From an uncultured Gemmatimonadaceae bacterium (GTDB lineage Bacteria > Gemmatimonadota > Gemmatimonadetes > Gemmatimonadales > Gemmatimonadaceae), in the NCBI GenBank assembly GCA_963817955.1, contig CAWFQK010000004.1, forward strand, positions 1,120,001-1,184,000: a stretch of DNA of 64,000 bases. The letters run 5' to 3'. The position numbers and the translations under genes were made by a program. Shown here one piece after another: positions 38,878 through 48,433 of the stretch (positions are counted from its first letter, which is position 1; each line of letters begins with the position of its first letter). The notes beneath the pieces were generated by a model. That model worked only from the letters and a program-made list of their open reading frames with translations, was not told the origin of the DNA and did no database searches.

Positions 38878-39080
38878 GACGGCGCGAACTGCTAACGGCG
38901 CGAACTGCTAACAGCGCTGACTCCCTGACAGCGCTGACTCCCTGACAGCGCTGACTCCCTAACTACGCGGACTCCCTAACAGCGCTGACTCCCTAACTAC
39001 GCGACTCCCTGACTACGCGGACTCCCTGACTACGCGGACTCCCTGACGGCGGCTTTACGGCGGGACTCCCTGACTACGCC
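38878..39080 (+). repeat. 17-bp ACTCCCT array, copy F
   Basis: Two head units GGCGCGAACTGCT, then GACAGCGCTGACTCCCT / GACTACGCGGACTCCCT units. Confidence 0.92.
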
Positions 39081-39273
39081 AAGCGCGTCGGGGTATGTAC
39101 TATGGCCATAGTTTACACGAGTGCATCGATGACTCAAGTTCGGTGCTGGCTCGCAAACGGATTGAGGTCGCGGACGCTCCCGCCGCGAGTATCGCGGCTC
39201 ATCGTTCCAACCGGATTCACTGAAACGGTATGGCCAGGATTCAAGCGTGAGATGAAGATTCCAGCACACGACG

Positions 39274-39840
39274 ATGTGGTCGCCAAGTGGCGCAGGATGC
39301 CAGGTGCGGCTGGGAAGTAGCGGCGCTCGGCGCGCGATCCCGCGACCACGCTATGGGGAGCATCGCGGGCGAGCTTTGGCGCTCGGCGCCGCGGCGATTC
39401 TCGTGTGTTTCGCATGCCATCGGACCAGGGCAAGCGCGACGCCAGCACCGGCCGTGCAATGGCCTCCGGAGAAACATTGCTGGTGGGCTGCGTACAGGAC
39501 GACGATGCCACCGGACTCGGTCGCGGGTCGATTCGAGGGGGCTCTCGCATCCATCGGGCTCTCGAGCGGGCGCACTGGCTCACTCGGTGATACAACATGG
39601 GCGCAGGCGGGACCGACGATGCTCGGAGACGAGCAAGGCAGCACTTTCGCAGCTCGGGTCGTCGCGATTCGGATGGGCGATAGCACGCGCTTTCGTGCGT
39701 TCGTGGCCGCTGACACGATTGTTGGTGGGCGGTTGATTGCCATGTGTGGTGAGATCATGAGTCGTGCGGCGCTTCGCGCGATTGCTCCACGGGCGCAGGA
39801 GCCCGACGACTCTACTCCGCGTTGGCGACGACGGCTATAG
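39274..39840 (+). CDS. Hypothetical exported protein (start uncertain, probably later)
   Basis: Hydrophobic segment ending CFAC followed by a plausible globular domain. Confidence 0.4.
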   Translation: MWSPSGAGCQVRLGSSGARRAIPRPRYGEHRGRALALGAAAILVCFACHRTRASATPAPAVQWPPEKHCWWAAYRTTMPPDSVAGRFEGALASIGLSSGRTGSLGDTTWAQAGPTMLGDEQGSTFAARVVAIRMGDSTRFRAFVAADTIVGGRLIAMCGEIMSRAALRAIAPRAQEPDDSTPRWRRRL

Positions 39841-39963
39841 GCTTGCCGTGCTGCAGCCATGTGGTATCAGATGGCAAGTGCGGTCGCAAGAGCTCGTTCA
39901 CAGACTACCGCGACACGCCCGTCCACTGCGGCGTTGGGTAGAAGGCGGTTATGAGCACTGAAC

Positions 39964-39989
39964 AAACCTCGGCTGTAAGCCGAGGGGTT
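39964..39989. terminator. Hairpin, terminator or REP-like
   Basis: AAACCTCGGCT-GTA-AGCCGAGGGGTTT. Confidence 0.5.
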
Positions 39990-40456
39990 TGGGTCGGCTA
40001 GAGCCAACCTATAGGGAGCTTACGGCCCGTGCGATTAGAGACGTTACACGCCACGGGCGCTGCGGCGGCTCACGACGCGAGTGGATCCAAACCCCGAGCG
40101 TATCCGCCGCGCACTGAAGAGGAGCGCGCCGGGTGGCGCGTCTGGCGAGGTACTCTGCGGTGGCGTCAAGACGATTGGGTCTTGCGCGAGGAGATGCGGA
40201 CGCGACCGGCGGCCACCGAACCCGCGTCACTACGCTTCGCCGCTTTGGATCGTCACTATTTGACAAGCATGCCATCGGGTTCTATGGTCAAGAAACGAGA
40301 TTCGGTTTTTGGAGGCGGCATGGTCTATCGCACCACGGAGCGAGGCGGGTGGATGCTCCGTGCACGTGGGACCCGGTCGCCGCAGGTCGAGCGCATCGTA
40401 CGCATGGCGTGGCGACTCGCTGTGAAACGCGGGCGCGAGCTCGAGGACCAGCCGCG

Positions 40457-41695
40457 ATGACCGTCTCCGACCTGTCCGTCGTGCGCTGGTTCGCGTCGCC
40501 CGTGTTGGCGACGCCTGGCGCCACTCGTCGTGCGCGAGTGCTGTGGAGAATGTCCTGGTCGCTCTGGAGCCTGCTCGCCGCGGTGCTCATCGCGTCGGGC
40601 CTGCTCGCACCCGCGATGCTGGCACGCCGGCTCGTCTCGCTCGCGCTCGTCGCTGCGCTCGTCATCTGCCTTCACATGGTGAACCGCCGCGGGCGCACCA
40701 CGTTCGCGAGTTGGCTGCTCGTGCTCGGACTGATCGCCATCGTAACCCAGCGCGCTTGGCAAACGGGAGGAGTGCATGCTCCGGTCGCGCTCTTCTACAT
40801 GATGATCGTCTTCATGGCTGCTGGATTGCTCGGCATCCGCGGCAGTCTCGCGGTCGCCCTCGCCTGTGTCGCCAGCAGCACTCTCCTTGCCGGCGCCGAG
40901 CTCGGGGGCCTGCTCGTGGTACCGGAAACGACTACTTCGACGCCGACCCAGGGCTTCGTGACGACGATGGCGGCCATCGCGATTGCCGTGCTGTGGCCCA
41001 TGCTCTTGTTTCGCCAGGCTGAGGAGAGGGCGACCGAGGAGATCGTCAACATGTTCGTGCACGACATGCGCTCGCCGCTTACGATCCTGTTCGCGCGACT
41101 TTCCATGCTCAGGGCAGACATTCCAGACCGCGCGGACGTGGCGGAGCATATCGACGCAATGATGGCGGAGGCAATGCGCCTGAACCTGATGGCGAACAAC
41201 CTCCTCGAGGTAAGCCGACTCGAAAGCACGAGCCTCCCGCTTCATCGGGTGCCGTTGAATGTCTCGGCGCTCGCGCCCGACGTCGCCCGAACACTCGCGC
41301 CGCTCGACCCCTCGCGTCACATCGAGGTGCGAGCCTCCGTCCCCGTGATCTGCACGTGCGATGCTGGGCTATTGCGACGCATCATCGAGAATCTCCTGAG
41401 CAATGCGATCAAGCACGCTCCGGAGGGTGGCCATGTTGTCGTCGAGGTCACTCACACGGGAGCCAACGTCCGCATTATCGTGGAGGACGATGGTCCGGGC
41501 GTGCCGCCAAAGGACCGGCATCGGATCTTCGAGCGGTACTCGGCGAAGAGCTCTCGCGCACTGAGTGGACATCATTCCGTTGGCCTGGGACTCGCCTTCT
41601 GCCGCCTCGCCACGGCAGCCCACGGGGGTCGGATATGGGTCGAGGAGGCGCATCCGCACGGCAGTCGCTTCGTCGTTGAGTTGCCGGCCGGCTGA
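40457..41695 (+). CDS. Membrane sensor histidine kinase (about 6 TM, HisKA-HATPase)
   Basis: FVHDMRSPL, NLLSNAIKH, DDGPG, GLGLAFC. Confidence 0.9.
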   Translation: MTVSDLSVVRWFASPVLATPGATRRARVLWRMSWSLWSLLAAVLIASGLLAPAMLARRLVSLALVAALVICLHMVNRRGRTTFASWLLVLGLIAIVTQRAWQTGGVHAPVALFYMMIVFMAAGLLGIRGSLAVALACVASSTLLAGAELGGLLVVPETTTSTPTQGFVTTMAAIAIAVLWPMLLFRQAEERATEEIVNMFVHDMRSPLTILFARLSMLRADIPDRADVAEHIDAMMAEAMRLNLMANNLLEVSRLESTSLPLHRVPLNVSALAPDVARTLAPLDPSRHIEVRASVPVICTCDAGLLRRIIENLLSNAIKHAPEGGHVVVEVTHTGANVRIIVEDDGPGVPPKDRHRIFERYSAKSSRALSGHHSVGLGLAFCRLATAAHGGRIWVEEAHPHGSRFVVELPAG

Positions 41696-41709
41696 ACTGG
41701 GGCATTCCA

Positions 41710-43536
41710 ATGACTTCGGTGCAGCCAGCCACAAGCACGCATGTCGGACACATAGCCGGACGCGCGCCCCGACTGATCTTTGACTTTCCGTCTCCGAACG
41801 GTGGGACGGAACGACTCTCGTTCACAAACCCGATCGCCACGCTGATCGCGGAACAGCATGGTGACGTGCTGCGCGCCCTCGCGGATGCCGAATGGCACGC
41901 CAAGCAGGGCCGGTTCGTCGCCGGGTTCGTGTCCTATGACGCAGCGCCGGCGTTCGAACCCGCTATGCGGATCGCCGGGCGCGCACCGACCCCGCTCGTC
42001 TGGTTCGGAGTGTTCGACCGACCACGCGATCTCGGGACGGTCGGCGCACTGCCCGATTCGTCCGCACGCGAACCGCTGCACTGGACTCCGAACACGTCTC
42101 GGACCGACTACGACAACGCCATCGAATGCATTCGCGCAGCGATCGGCGCTGGCGAAGTCTATCAAGTGAATCACACGATCCGCTTGCGGGCGCCATGGGC
42201 GGGCGATGCGTTGGCGCTGTATGAGCGATTGCGCACCGCACAGGAGACGCGGTACGGCGCCTTCGTGGACATCGGCCGTTTTCAGGTGGTCTCTGCCGCC
42301 CCAGAATTGTTCTTCGCCCGGGTGGGCGACCGCATCGAGACTCGGCCAATGAAAGGCACGGCTCGCCGGGGCCGATGGCCGGACGAAGATCGTCGGATGC
42401 CCGACGCGCTGGCGCGTTCCGAAAAGGACCGCGCCGAGAACCTCATGATTGTCGATCTTCTCCGGAACGACATCGGCCGGCTCGCGGAGATCGGCTCGGT
42501 GCATGTTCCCGCGTTGCTGACAGTAGAGCGCTATCCCACCGTGTGGCAGTTGACGTCGACCGTGGCTGGCACGGCGCGGTCCGGAGTCTCGCTCACCGAC
42601 ATCTTTGCCGCTCTCTTTCCTTGTGGTTCGGTCACCGGAGCACCGAAGATCGCGGCCACCCACCAGATCGCGCGCCTTGAGCCCGACGCGCGGGGCGTGT
42701 ACTGCGGCGCGGTCGGCATCATCCGGCCTGGTGGCGACTGCTGTTTCAACGTCGCGATTCGGACCGCGATCGTAGACGCTGAACGCGCGGTGGTGGAGTA
42801 TGGCGTTGGCGGCGGAATCACCTTCGACTCGACGGCCGCCGGCGAATACGACGAGGCGCTCGCCAAGAGCGCCATTCTCACCGCACCGGTTCGAGAGTTC
42901 GCGCTCATCGAGACGATGCGGCTCGTTGATGGCGTGTACGTGCGCCGCGACCGCCATCTCGCTCGCCTGTCAGCGTCGGCGGCGTATTTCGGATTCGCCG
43001 ATCCAACCGAGCACGCACGGGCCGCGCTCGACGCGCATGCCGCCGGGAAGCCACGGGGCTGCTTTCGCGCTCGACTCCTTGCCAGTCGCAACGGCGCGGT
43101 CGACGTCGACTCCGTGCCGTTCGACGAAGGCCACATCAACACGCACCACACGATCCTCGTCTCCCTCGCACACGGAGTCGTCGACTCAGCCGATGTATTC
43201 CTCTTTCACAAGACCACGGACCGCACGGCGTATGATCGGGCACGGGCCGACGATCCCGCCGCGGACGACGTCATTCTGATGAACGAGCGCGGCGAGCTGA
43301 CTGAGCTCACCACCGGCAACCTTGTCATTGAGGTCGGCGGACGCCGCTATACGCCGCCGCTCGACTGCGGATTGCTCGCCGGGGTGTTTTGCCGGGAACT
43401 GCTGGAGAGCGCGATGATCGAGGAGCGTGTGCTACGCCTCGACGATCTTCACCGTGCCAGCGCCATCTGGCGCGTCAGCTCGCTACGCGAATGGACGCCC
43501 GCGCGACTCAGCCAGGCGGGCGACTCCGGCGCATAG
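41710..43536 (+). CDS. pabB: Aminodeoxychorismate synthase component I fused to ADC lyase/class IV aminotransferase
   Basis: GEVYQVN, TRPMKGT, AENLMIVDLLRND, FPCGSVTGAPK; then LIETMR, FHKTTDR, GLLAGV. Confidence 0.92.
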   Translation: MTSVQPATSTHVGHIAGRAPRLIFDFPSPNGGTERLSFTNPIATLIAEQHGDVLRALADAEWHAKQGRFVAGFVSYDAAPAFEPAMRIAGRAPTPLVWFGVFDRPRDLGTVGALPDSSAREPLHWTPNTSRTDYDNAIECIRAAIGAGEVYQVNHTIRLRAPWAGDALALYERLRTAQETRYGAFVDIGRFQVVSAAPELFFARVGDRIETRPMKGTARRGRWPDEDRRMPDALARSEKDRAENLMIVDLLRNDIGRLAEIGSVHVPALLTVERYPTVWQLTSTVAGTARSGVSLTDIFAALFPCGSVTGAPKIAATHQIARLEPDARGVYCGAVGIIRPGGDCCFNVAIRTAIVDAERAVVEYGVGGGITFDSTAAGEYDEALAKSAILTAPVREFALIETMRLVDGVYVRRDRHLARLSASAAYFGFADPTEHARAALDAHAAGKPRGCFRARLLASRNGAVDVDSVPFDEGHINTHHTILVSLAHGVVDSADVFLFHKTTDRTAYDRARADDPAADDVILMNERGELTELTTGNLVIEVGGRRYTPPLDCGLLAGVFCRELLESAMIEERVLRLDDLHRASAIWRVSSLREWTPARLSQAGDSGA

Positions 43537-43594
43537 CCTGGCGCCACGGACCTCGCCCGAGTGATCGCGAGCCGACATCATACAACCTCAAACG

Positions 43595-43634
43595 AGAAAC
43601 CGCCGTGACCCAATCGAGGATCACGGCGGTTTCT
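43595..43634. terminator. Intrinsic terminator hairpin between convergent genes
   Basis: AGAAACCGCCGTGA ... TCACGGCGGTTTCT. Confidence 0.75.
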
Positions 43635-43657
43635 GCCACATCGGTCACGCCAGCACG

Positions 43658-46600
43658 CTACTTGGAATCGATCTTTCTCCCGGCATTCAGATTATCAAAG
43701 TTCATAATCGTATTGAACACCAGCGGGTACGTCCCAATCGTCTCCCCTCTATAAACGGGATTGATCGAGAACAGCACCACGTGCCCCTTCTCCAACGGCG
43801 AATCGACCACCGCCGCCCGCTGCGCGATGTCTCCGCCGCCGTTGAGCAATCCGGAAACCAACAGATCGCTCTGGGTCGAATACCGCAGCGCCACACGCGG
43901 ACGCTGATCCGGCGGAATGATGTTGAGCGGCGACCGCAGCATCTCGTCCGTCACCGGGGCGTACTGCCACGGCTGGACGGTCTGACGCGGCGGCGCCTTG
44001 AAGCGATCCTCGAGCGCCGGCCTGCCCTGCACTTCATCCACGTCGTCCGGGGTGCCACGGCCGGTCTCGCGCGAGCCACCGGCGCCGCCGCGACCACCAC
44101 CACCGCCGCCACCACCCCGCCCACCCTTCGTGGCGCTCACGCTGAAGCTCTCGCCGCCGTCGGTGTACGCGGCAATGCCGTCCGCAACGCCATACACGAT
44201 CGGCGATGCATCATCCACCAGGTGGGTTCTCAGGAATGAACCGGTCACCGTGCCCCGGGCGGCAACGTTGTAGCTCACGCCGTTCGTTAGACCGTATTCG
44301 ATCGCGAACTGGCTCGAGCCCACGGCGCCGATGTACACACCGCCGTTCTTCACGAAACGCTCGATGTTCTCCAAACCCTGCCAGCCGAGTCCGGGACGCA
44401 TGTCGTCGGTCTGAGCCCATGTGCCGATGTTCGGCGTCTCCGGGGTGTTCTTCCACGGAATGGGGTTGCGCCACATCGGCATGCCCTGAATCACCTGCGC
44501 CGGGCTGCCGCCGCCTGGGCCAAAGATGATGACGTCGTACTTGGCGTTCAGATCAGGGACCTTCGCGACGTCTGCCGTGCTCAGGTAGTCGTACGGAATG
44601 CCGTTCGCGTCGAACGCGTAGCGCCACCAGCCTTCGGTCTGGGTGTTCTGCCAGGTGTGCATGATCACAATGCGCGCCGCACGCACGGGATGGGTCTTCA
44701 CGCTCGGCGCCGCCGCTACCGCGGCCACCTTGAGGCCCAGGTCCTTGGCCGCCGCGTCGAGGTCGGACTGCGATATCCCGCGAATAATGAAGGAACCGCG
44801 GTTGTACTTGGTGCCGCCCGCATCGAATGCCTCTTCAGCCGCCTGGATGTCGGCGCCCTTGAGCTTGTAGCGGAGCGTTGCCAGCGCGTTGTCGCCGTTC
44901 GCGTTCACGACGAATGTGCTGCCGCTACCCGTCACGCCGCCGGCCACTTTGACTGGGCCCTTCACCAGCTCCATCGCCGCGGTCAGCACCTTGGGATCGG
45001 TGACGCGCACGGCCTGCACCGCGAACCCTTCGGGGAAGGTCCAGCCAGTGTCGTCGTATGGGCTCTTCTGCGGATCGTTCGGCGCCCAGTACTGGTAGTC
45101 GAGTAACGCGTCCGCGATGCGGCTGAACGGCTGGTCCATTCGTACGATGTAGGTCCCAGCCGGAAACTCCTTGGTGGCGGGACTCGCCGCACGGGGCTCG
45201 GCCGGCGCACCGGCTTGTTCGGCTGGGGCTGCACCTCGCCCGCCACGACCGCCACGGCCGCCGGCGGCCACGACCTTCACCGGCATGTTCACCGTGAATG
45301 GCGCGGTGGCGCGGCTGATCTCGACGCGCTGCTTCTGGAGAATGCGCAGCAGTTCGGCCTGAGAGCCGGGGCGGGGATCGTTGGCCGTGAGGATGTACGC
45401 AGCAGGGCCTTCGGTCTTCGCCTTGGCGATGGAGCGCTTGCTCTTCTCGTAGAAGTTCTCGAGAATGAGTCTCCGGTTGTTGGCGATGTAGTTGAGCGAC
45501 ACGAGCAAGCCGGTCTGCTCGTAATTGTTGTTGTTGCGCAGCGACCAGTTCACGCGCGGTAGCGGCGGGTCCTGCTTGAACCAGCTCCGCTGGGTGTCGT
45601 TGGGGCCGAGGATGCGCTCCTGCGTGTCGGCCGATCCCCCGTTGCCAAATGTCTCGTAGAGACGGCTGATGCCGTTGTGCGTAGCCGCGATGAACATGAG
45701 GTAGCCCGGCGACCAGGTGTCGAAGGTGCCGTGGGCGAACACGCCGGGCATGCCGTAGCGTGTCATCTCCTGCACGTTGTTCCAGCCGATCATCTGCCAC
45801 TCGTTCGTCAGCAGCGGATCGAGCCAGGAGTTGTACGGGCCGTCGCCAATGGTGTTGTCGTACAGATACGCCACCGACTCGTGGAGGTCGTGCAGGAGCT
45901 GCGCGTGCCAGTCCACGAAGGTGTTGAGCACGTTCTCTGTGAGCTTGAGCGTCATGCCCATGGCGTCACGGTTGTTGTCGTGCCGCACGTAGTGGCCCCA
46001 GTAGACCGCGTCCGGCACGGTCAGGCCGGGATGCGCCAGCTTCCACTTGTAGACGTCCACCACGCGATCGCGTCCGTCCACTTCGACGATCGGCGTGATG
46101 AGCGTGATCACATGATCGCGGATGTTCTTGACGTACGGGCTCTCGTCCACCGCCAGGCGATAGGCAAGCTCCATCAACGCCGTAGGCGCGCCGGCTTCGG
46201 TGGAGTGAATGGTGCCCGTGATGTAATAGACGGGCGCCGCGGTGTTCGCGATTTCGCCAGCCAGCTTGTCGTTGAAGCCGATGGTGCGCGGGTCGGCCAG
46301 TTTCCCCAAGGCCGCCTTGTTCGCGTCGAGCTTGGACATGAGCGCTTCGGAGGCGACAGCCACCGCAATGTGCTCGCGACCCTCCTCCGTGGTGCCGATC
46401 GAATACACCCGCACGCGACCGGGGAGCGCTTTGGCGAGCATGCGCATGTACTCGTAGACCTCCTTTGAGTACGGCAGCTTGCCCGGCGCGCCGGCGATAT
46501 CGCCGAGTACGGCAGTGGGCGTCGGCACGCCGGCGCGGGCCGGCATGTAGTCGACGAGCGGTGAGAGGAAGAAGGATTCGGTGGTGTACTCCTTGATCTT

Positions 46601-46741
46601 CTTCGTGTACTCAACGTCGATCGGCTGGCTGGGATTGCGGCCCGGCGTGGAGGCGGCCGGATCACCCTGCGCGTGGAGCTTGGCGGCGGGAGTGACGGCC
46701 AGGAGGGCCAGGATACTGCAAATAGCGGATGAACGCCGCAT
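43658..46741 (-). CDS. Secreted M14 family zinc carboxypeptidase
   Basis: IHSTE, DNNRD, HDLHE zinc/substrate motifs; signal peptide. Confidence 0.88.
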   Translation of the reverse strand: MRRSSAICSILALLAVTPAAKLHAQGDPAASTPGRNPSQPIDVEYTKKIKEYTTESFFLSPLVDYMPARAGVPTPTAVLGDIAGAPGKLPYSKEVYEYMRMLAKALPGRVRVYSIGTTEEGREHIAVAVASEALMSKLDANKAALGKLADPRTIGFNDKLAGEIANTAAPVYYITGTIHSTEAGAPTALMELAYRLAVDESPYVKNIRDHVITLITPIVEVDGRDRVVDVYKWKLAHPGLTVPDAVYWGHYVRHDNNRDAMGMTLKLTENVLNTFVDWHAQLLHDLHESVAYLYDNTIGDGPYNSWLDPLLTNEWQMIGWNNVQEMTRYGMPGVFAHGTFDTWSPGYLMFIAATHNGISRLYETFGNGGSADTQERILGPNDTQRSWFKQDPPLPRVNWSLRNNNNYEQTGLLVSLNYIANNRRLILENFYEKSKRSIAKAKTEGPAAYILTANDPRPGSQAELLRILQKQRVEISRATAPFTVNMPVKVVAAGGRGGRGGRGAAPAEQAGAPAEPRAASPATKEFPAGTYIVRMDQPFSRIADALLDYQYWAPNDPQKSPYDDTGWTFPEGFAVQAVRVTDPKVLTAAMELVKGPVKVAGGVTGSGSTFVVNANGDNALATLRYKLKGADIQAAEEAFDAGGTKYNRGSFIIRGISQSDLDAAAKDLGLKVAAVAAAPSVKTHPVRAARIVIMHTWQNTQTEGWWRYAFDANGIPYDYLSTADVAKVPDLNAKYDVIIFGPGGGSPAQVIQGMPMWRNPIPWKNTPETPNIGTWAQTDDMRPGLGWQGLENIERFVKNGGVYIGAVGSSQFAIEYGLTNGVSYNVAARGTVTGSFLRTHLVDDASPIVYGVADGIAAYTDGGESFSVSATKGGRGGGGGGGGRGGAGGSRETGRGTPDDVDEVQGRPALEDRFKAPPRQTVQPWQYAPVTDEMLRSPLNIIPPDQRPRVALRYSTQSDLLVSGLLNGGGDIAQRAAVVDSPLEKGHVVLFSINPVYRGETIGTYPLVFNTIMNFDNLNAGRKIDSK

Positions 46742-46943
46742 GACGGGACCTCGCTAGGGAACTTGGCAGGAGGAAGTGCGCTGGAAAGGTGCTTGGCGTT
46801 GGCGGAAGGCGCTAGTCGTTCGTACGCACCGGAAGGAGGGGGCGCTGGGAGTAGTGGCCGGCCCTCCCTGTTCCCCGATAGGCAGACCGGCCAAACCGCC
46901 GCAGGTTGGGGGCGCAGAACCCACTCTAGCGGAGCTCCTCTCG

Positions 46944-47402
46944 ATGTGGAAAGACTTCAAGGCGTTCATCATGCGCGGCAACGTCATGGACCTCGCGGTG
47001 GCGGTAGTCATTGGCGGCGCCTTCGGCACGATCGTGAAATCCCTGGTCGATGACATCATCATGCCGCCCATCGGCCTGATCACCGGAAAGCTGGACTTCT
47101 CCAGTCGTTTAGTGGTGCTCAAGGCAAGCGAAACGGTGCCGCCGCCCTATTCGACGCCCGCCCAGGCAAAGGCGGCAGGGGCCGTGACGCTCAACTACGG
47201 AACGTTCGTCAACAATGTCATCGCCTTCCTGATCGTCGCGGCGGCGGTGTTCCTGGTGGTGCGCATCGTGAGCCGCTTGTACGCCAAGCCGGCGCCACAG
47301 ACGGCCAACACGAAGGCATGCCCCCGATGCACGATGCCAATTCCGAAGGCTGCGACACGGTGCCCGCAGTGCACGTCAGATATCGTGGGGGCAGGCGTCT
47401 GA
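46944..47402 (+). CDS. mscL: Large-conductance mechanosensitive channel with C-terminal zinc ribbon
   Basis: FKAFIMRGNVMDLAVAVVIGGAF, NYGTF; CPRC..CPQC tail. Confidence 0.95.
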   Translation: MWKDFKAFIMRGNVMDLAVAVVIGGAFGTIVKSLVDDIIMPPIGLITGKLDFSSRLVVLKASETVPPPYSTPAQAKAAGAVTLNYGTFVNNVIAFLIVAAAVFLVVRIVSRLYAKPAPQTANTKACPRCTMPIPKAATRCPQCTSDIVGAGV

Positions 47403-47404
47403 GG

Positions 47405-47502
47405 GGACACGAGACACGAGACACGAGACACCGAGACACGAGACACCGAGACACCGAGACACGAGACACCGAGACACCGAGACACCGAGACACCGAGACA
47501 CG
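47405..47502 (+). repeat. GAGACAC / GAGACACC 7-8-mer tract between convergent genes
   Basis: About 13 tandem units; reverse complement of the GTGTCTC family. Confidence 0.92.
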
Positions 47503-47509
47503 CGCGATT

Positions 47510-48250
47510 CTATTGACGTGACACCATGATCGAATCGAGCGCCATCGATGCCCCGCGTTGCGGCACCCGGTATATGAGCCGTCGAACGCTCGCCGAGTCT
47601 ACTCGGGCGGTATCGACACCGTGGGCGAGCAACGCGTCGTACACGGCGGCACGTAACGAGCGGCGGGACAGGCCGTAGATGTCGCGGTAGACCAGCACGC
47701 GTCCGGCGCGTATCTCCACGAGGTCGTATCGGATCTCGATCGGGATCGGGTCGTCCAATGCCAGCTCTCGCGTCGTCACGGAGTCGGCGGCCAGGCGATC
47801 GACCTCGGCTTCGCTGAGCAGCGGAGTACCGTAGCGGTGGACCAGGCGGGCCAGATCGATCGCGTCGGCGGGCCGCATGCGGATGCAGCCGTGCGACGCG
47901 GCGGTGCCGATGGAGCTCACGGCCGGTGTTCCGTGCAGAAAGTACATGGGCCGGAAATTGAGCTTCACCCGGCCCATGGGGTTGGTGGGACCCGGTGGCG
48001 TTGGCCGTTCCTTGGCCGCCCAGGGGCTATTCGGCGGAATCCACCATGGGTTCCATTCGATGCTGTTGATGGCGAAACTGCCGCGCGGCGTCGGATATCG
48101 TGGCATTCCCGGCGCAATCGAGGCAGTGCGGACGAGCGAGTCGGCGACGAACGCCTCCAGCCGGTACGCCGGAAGGTTCACGACGACACGCATCGGCTGT
48201 TGGAACCAGCCGAAGAGGGCTGCGAACGTCAGAATCCAACCCGATCCCAT
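47510..48250 (-). CDS. L,D-transpeptidase (YkuD family)
   Basis: VVNLPAYRL, NPWWIPP, PPGPTNPMG, HGT..SHGCIRM. Confidence 0.92.
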   Translation of the reverse strand: MGSGWILTFAALFGWFQQPMRVVVNLPAYRLEAFVADSLVRTASIAPGMPRYPTPRGSFAINSIEWNPWWIPPNSPWAAKERPTPPGPTNPMGRVKLNFRPMYFLHGTPAVSSIGTAASHGCIRMRPADAIDLARLVHRYGTPLLSEAEVDRLAADSVTTRELALDDPIPIEIRYDLVEIRAGRVLVYRDIYGLSRRSLRAAVYDALLAHGVDTARVDSASVRRLIYRVPQRGASMALDSIMVSRQ

Positions 48251-48433
48251 CTGAGATTCCTGGTGTGAGCGCGCGCCGGAACGATGGCGACAATTTGTGC
48301 GATGCCGCGCCCGCACGGAGTCGGCGATTGATCGGCGCGTCGTAGGGAAAGAAGACCGCCGCGAAGCGGTCGCAGCGGCAAGGTTTGTGCATCGCCGTTG
48401 AGATTTTGTGTTCGGGCGACACCGGGGGGCTGA

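Noticed and set aside
13677..39080. 17-bp arrays as CRISPR or mini-CRISPR
   Set aside because: No spacers, units too short and directly tandem
40284..40460. Small ORF MVKKRDSVFGGG overlapping the kinase start (ATGA)
   Set aside because: Coupling is suggestive but there is no motif or clear RBS
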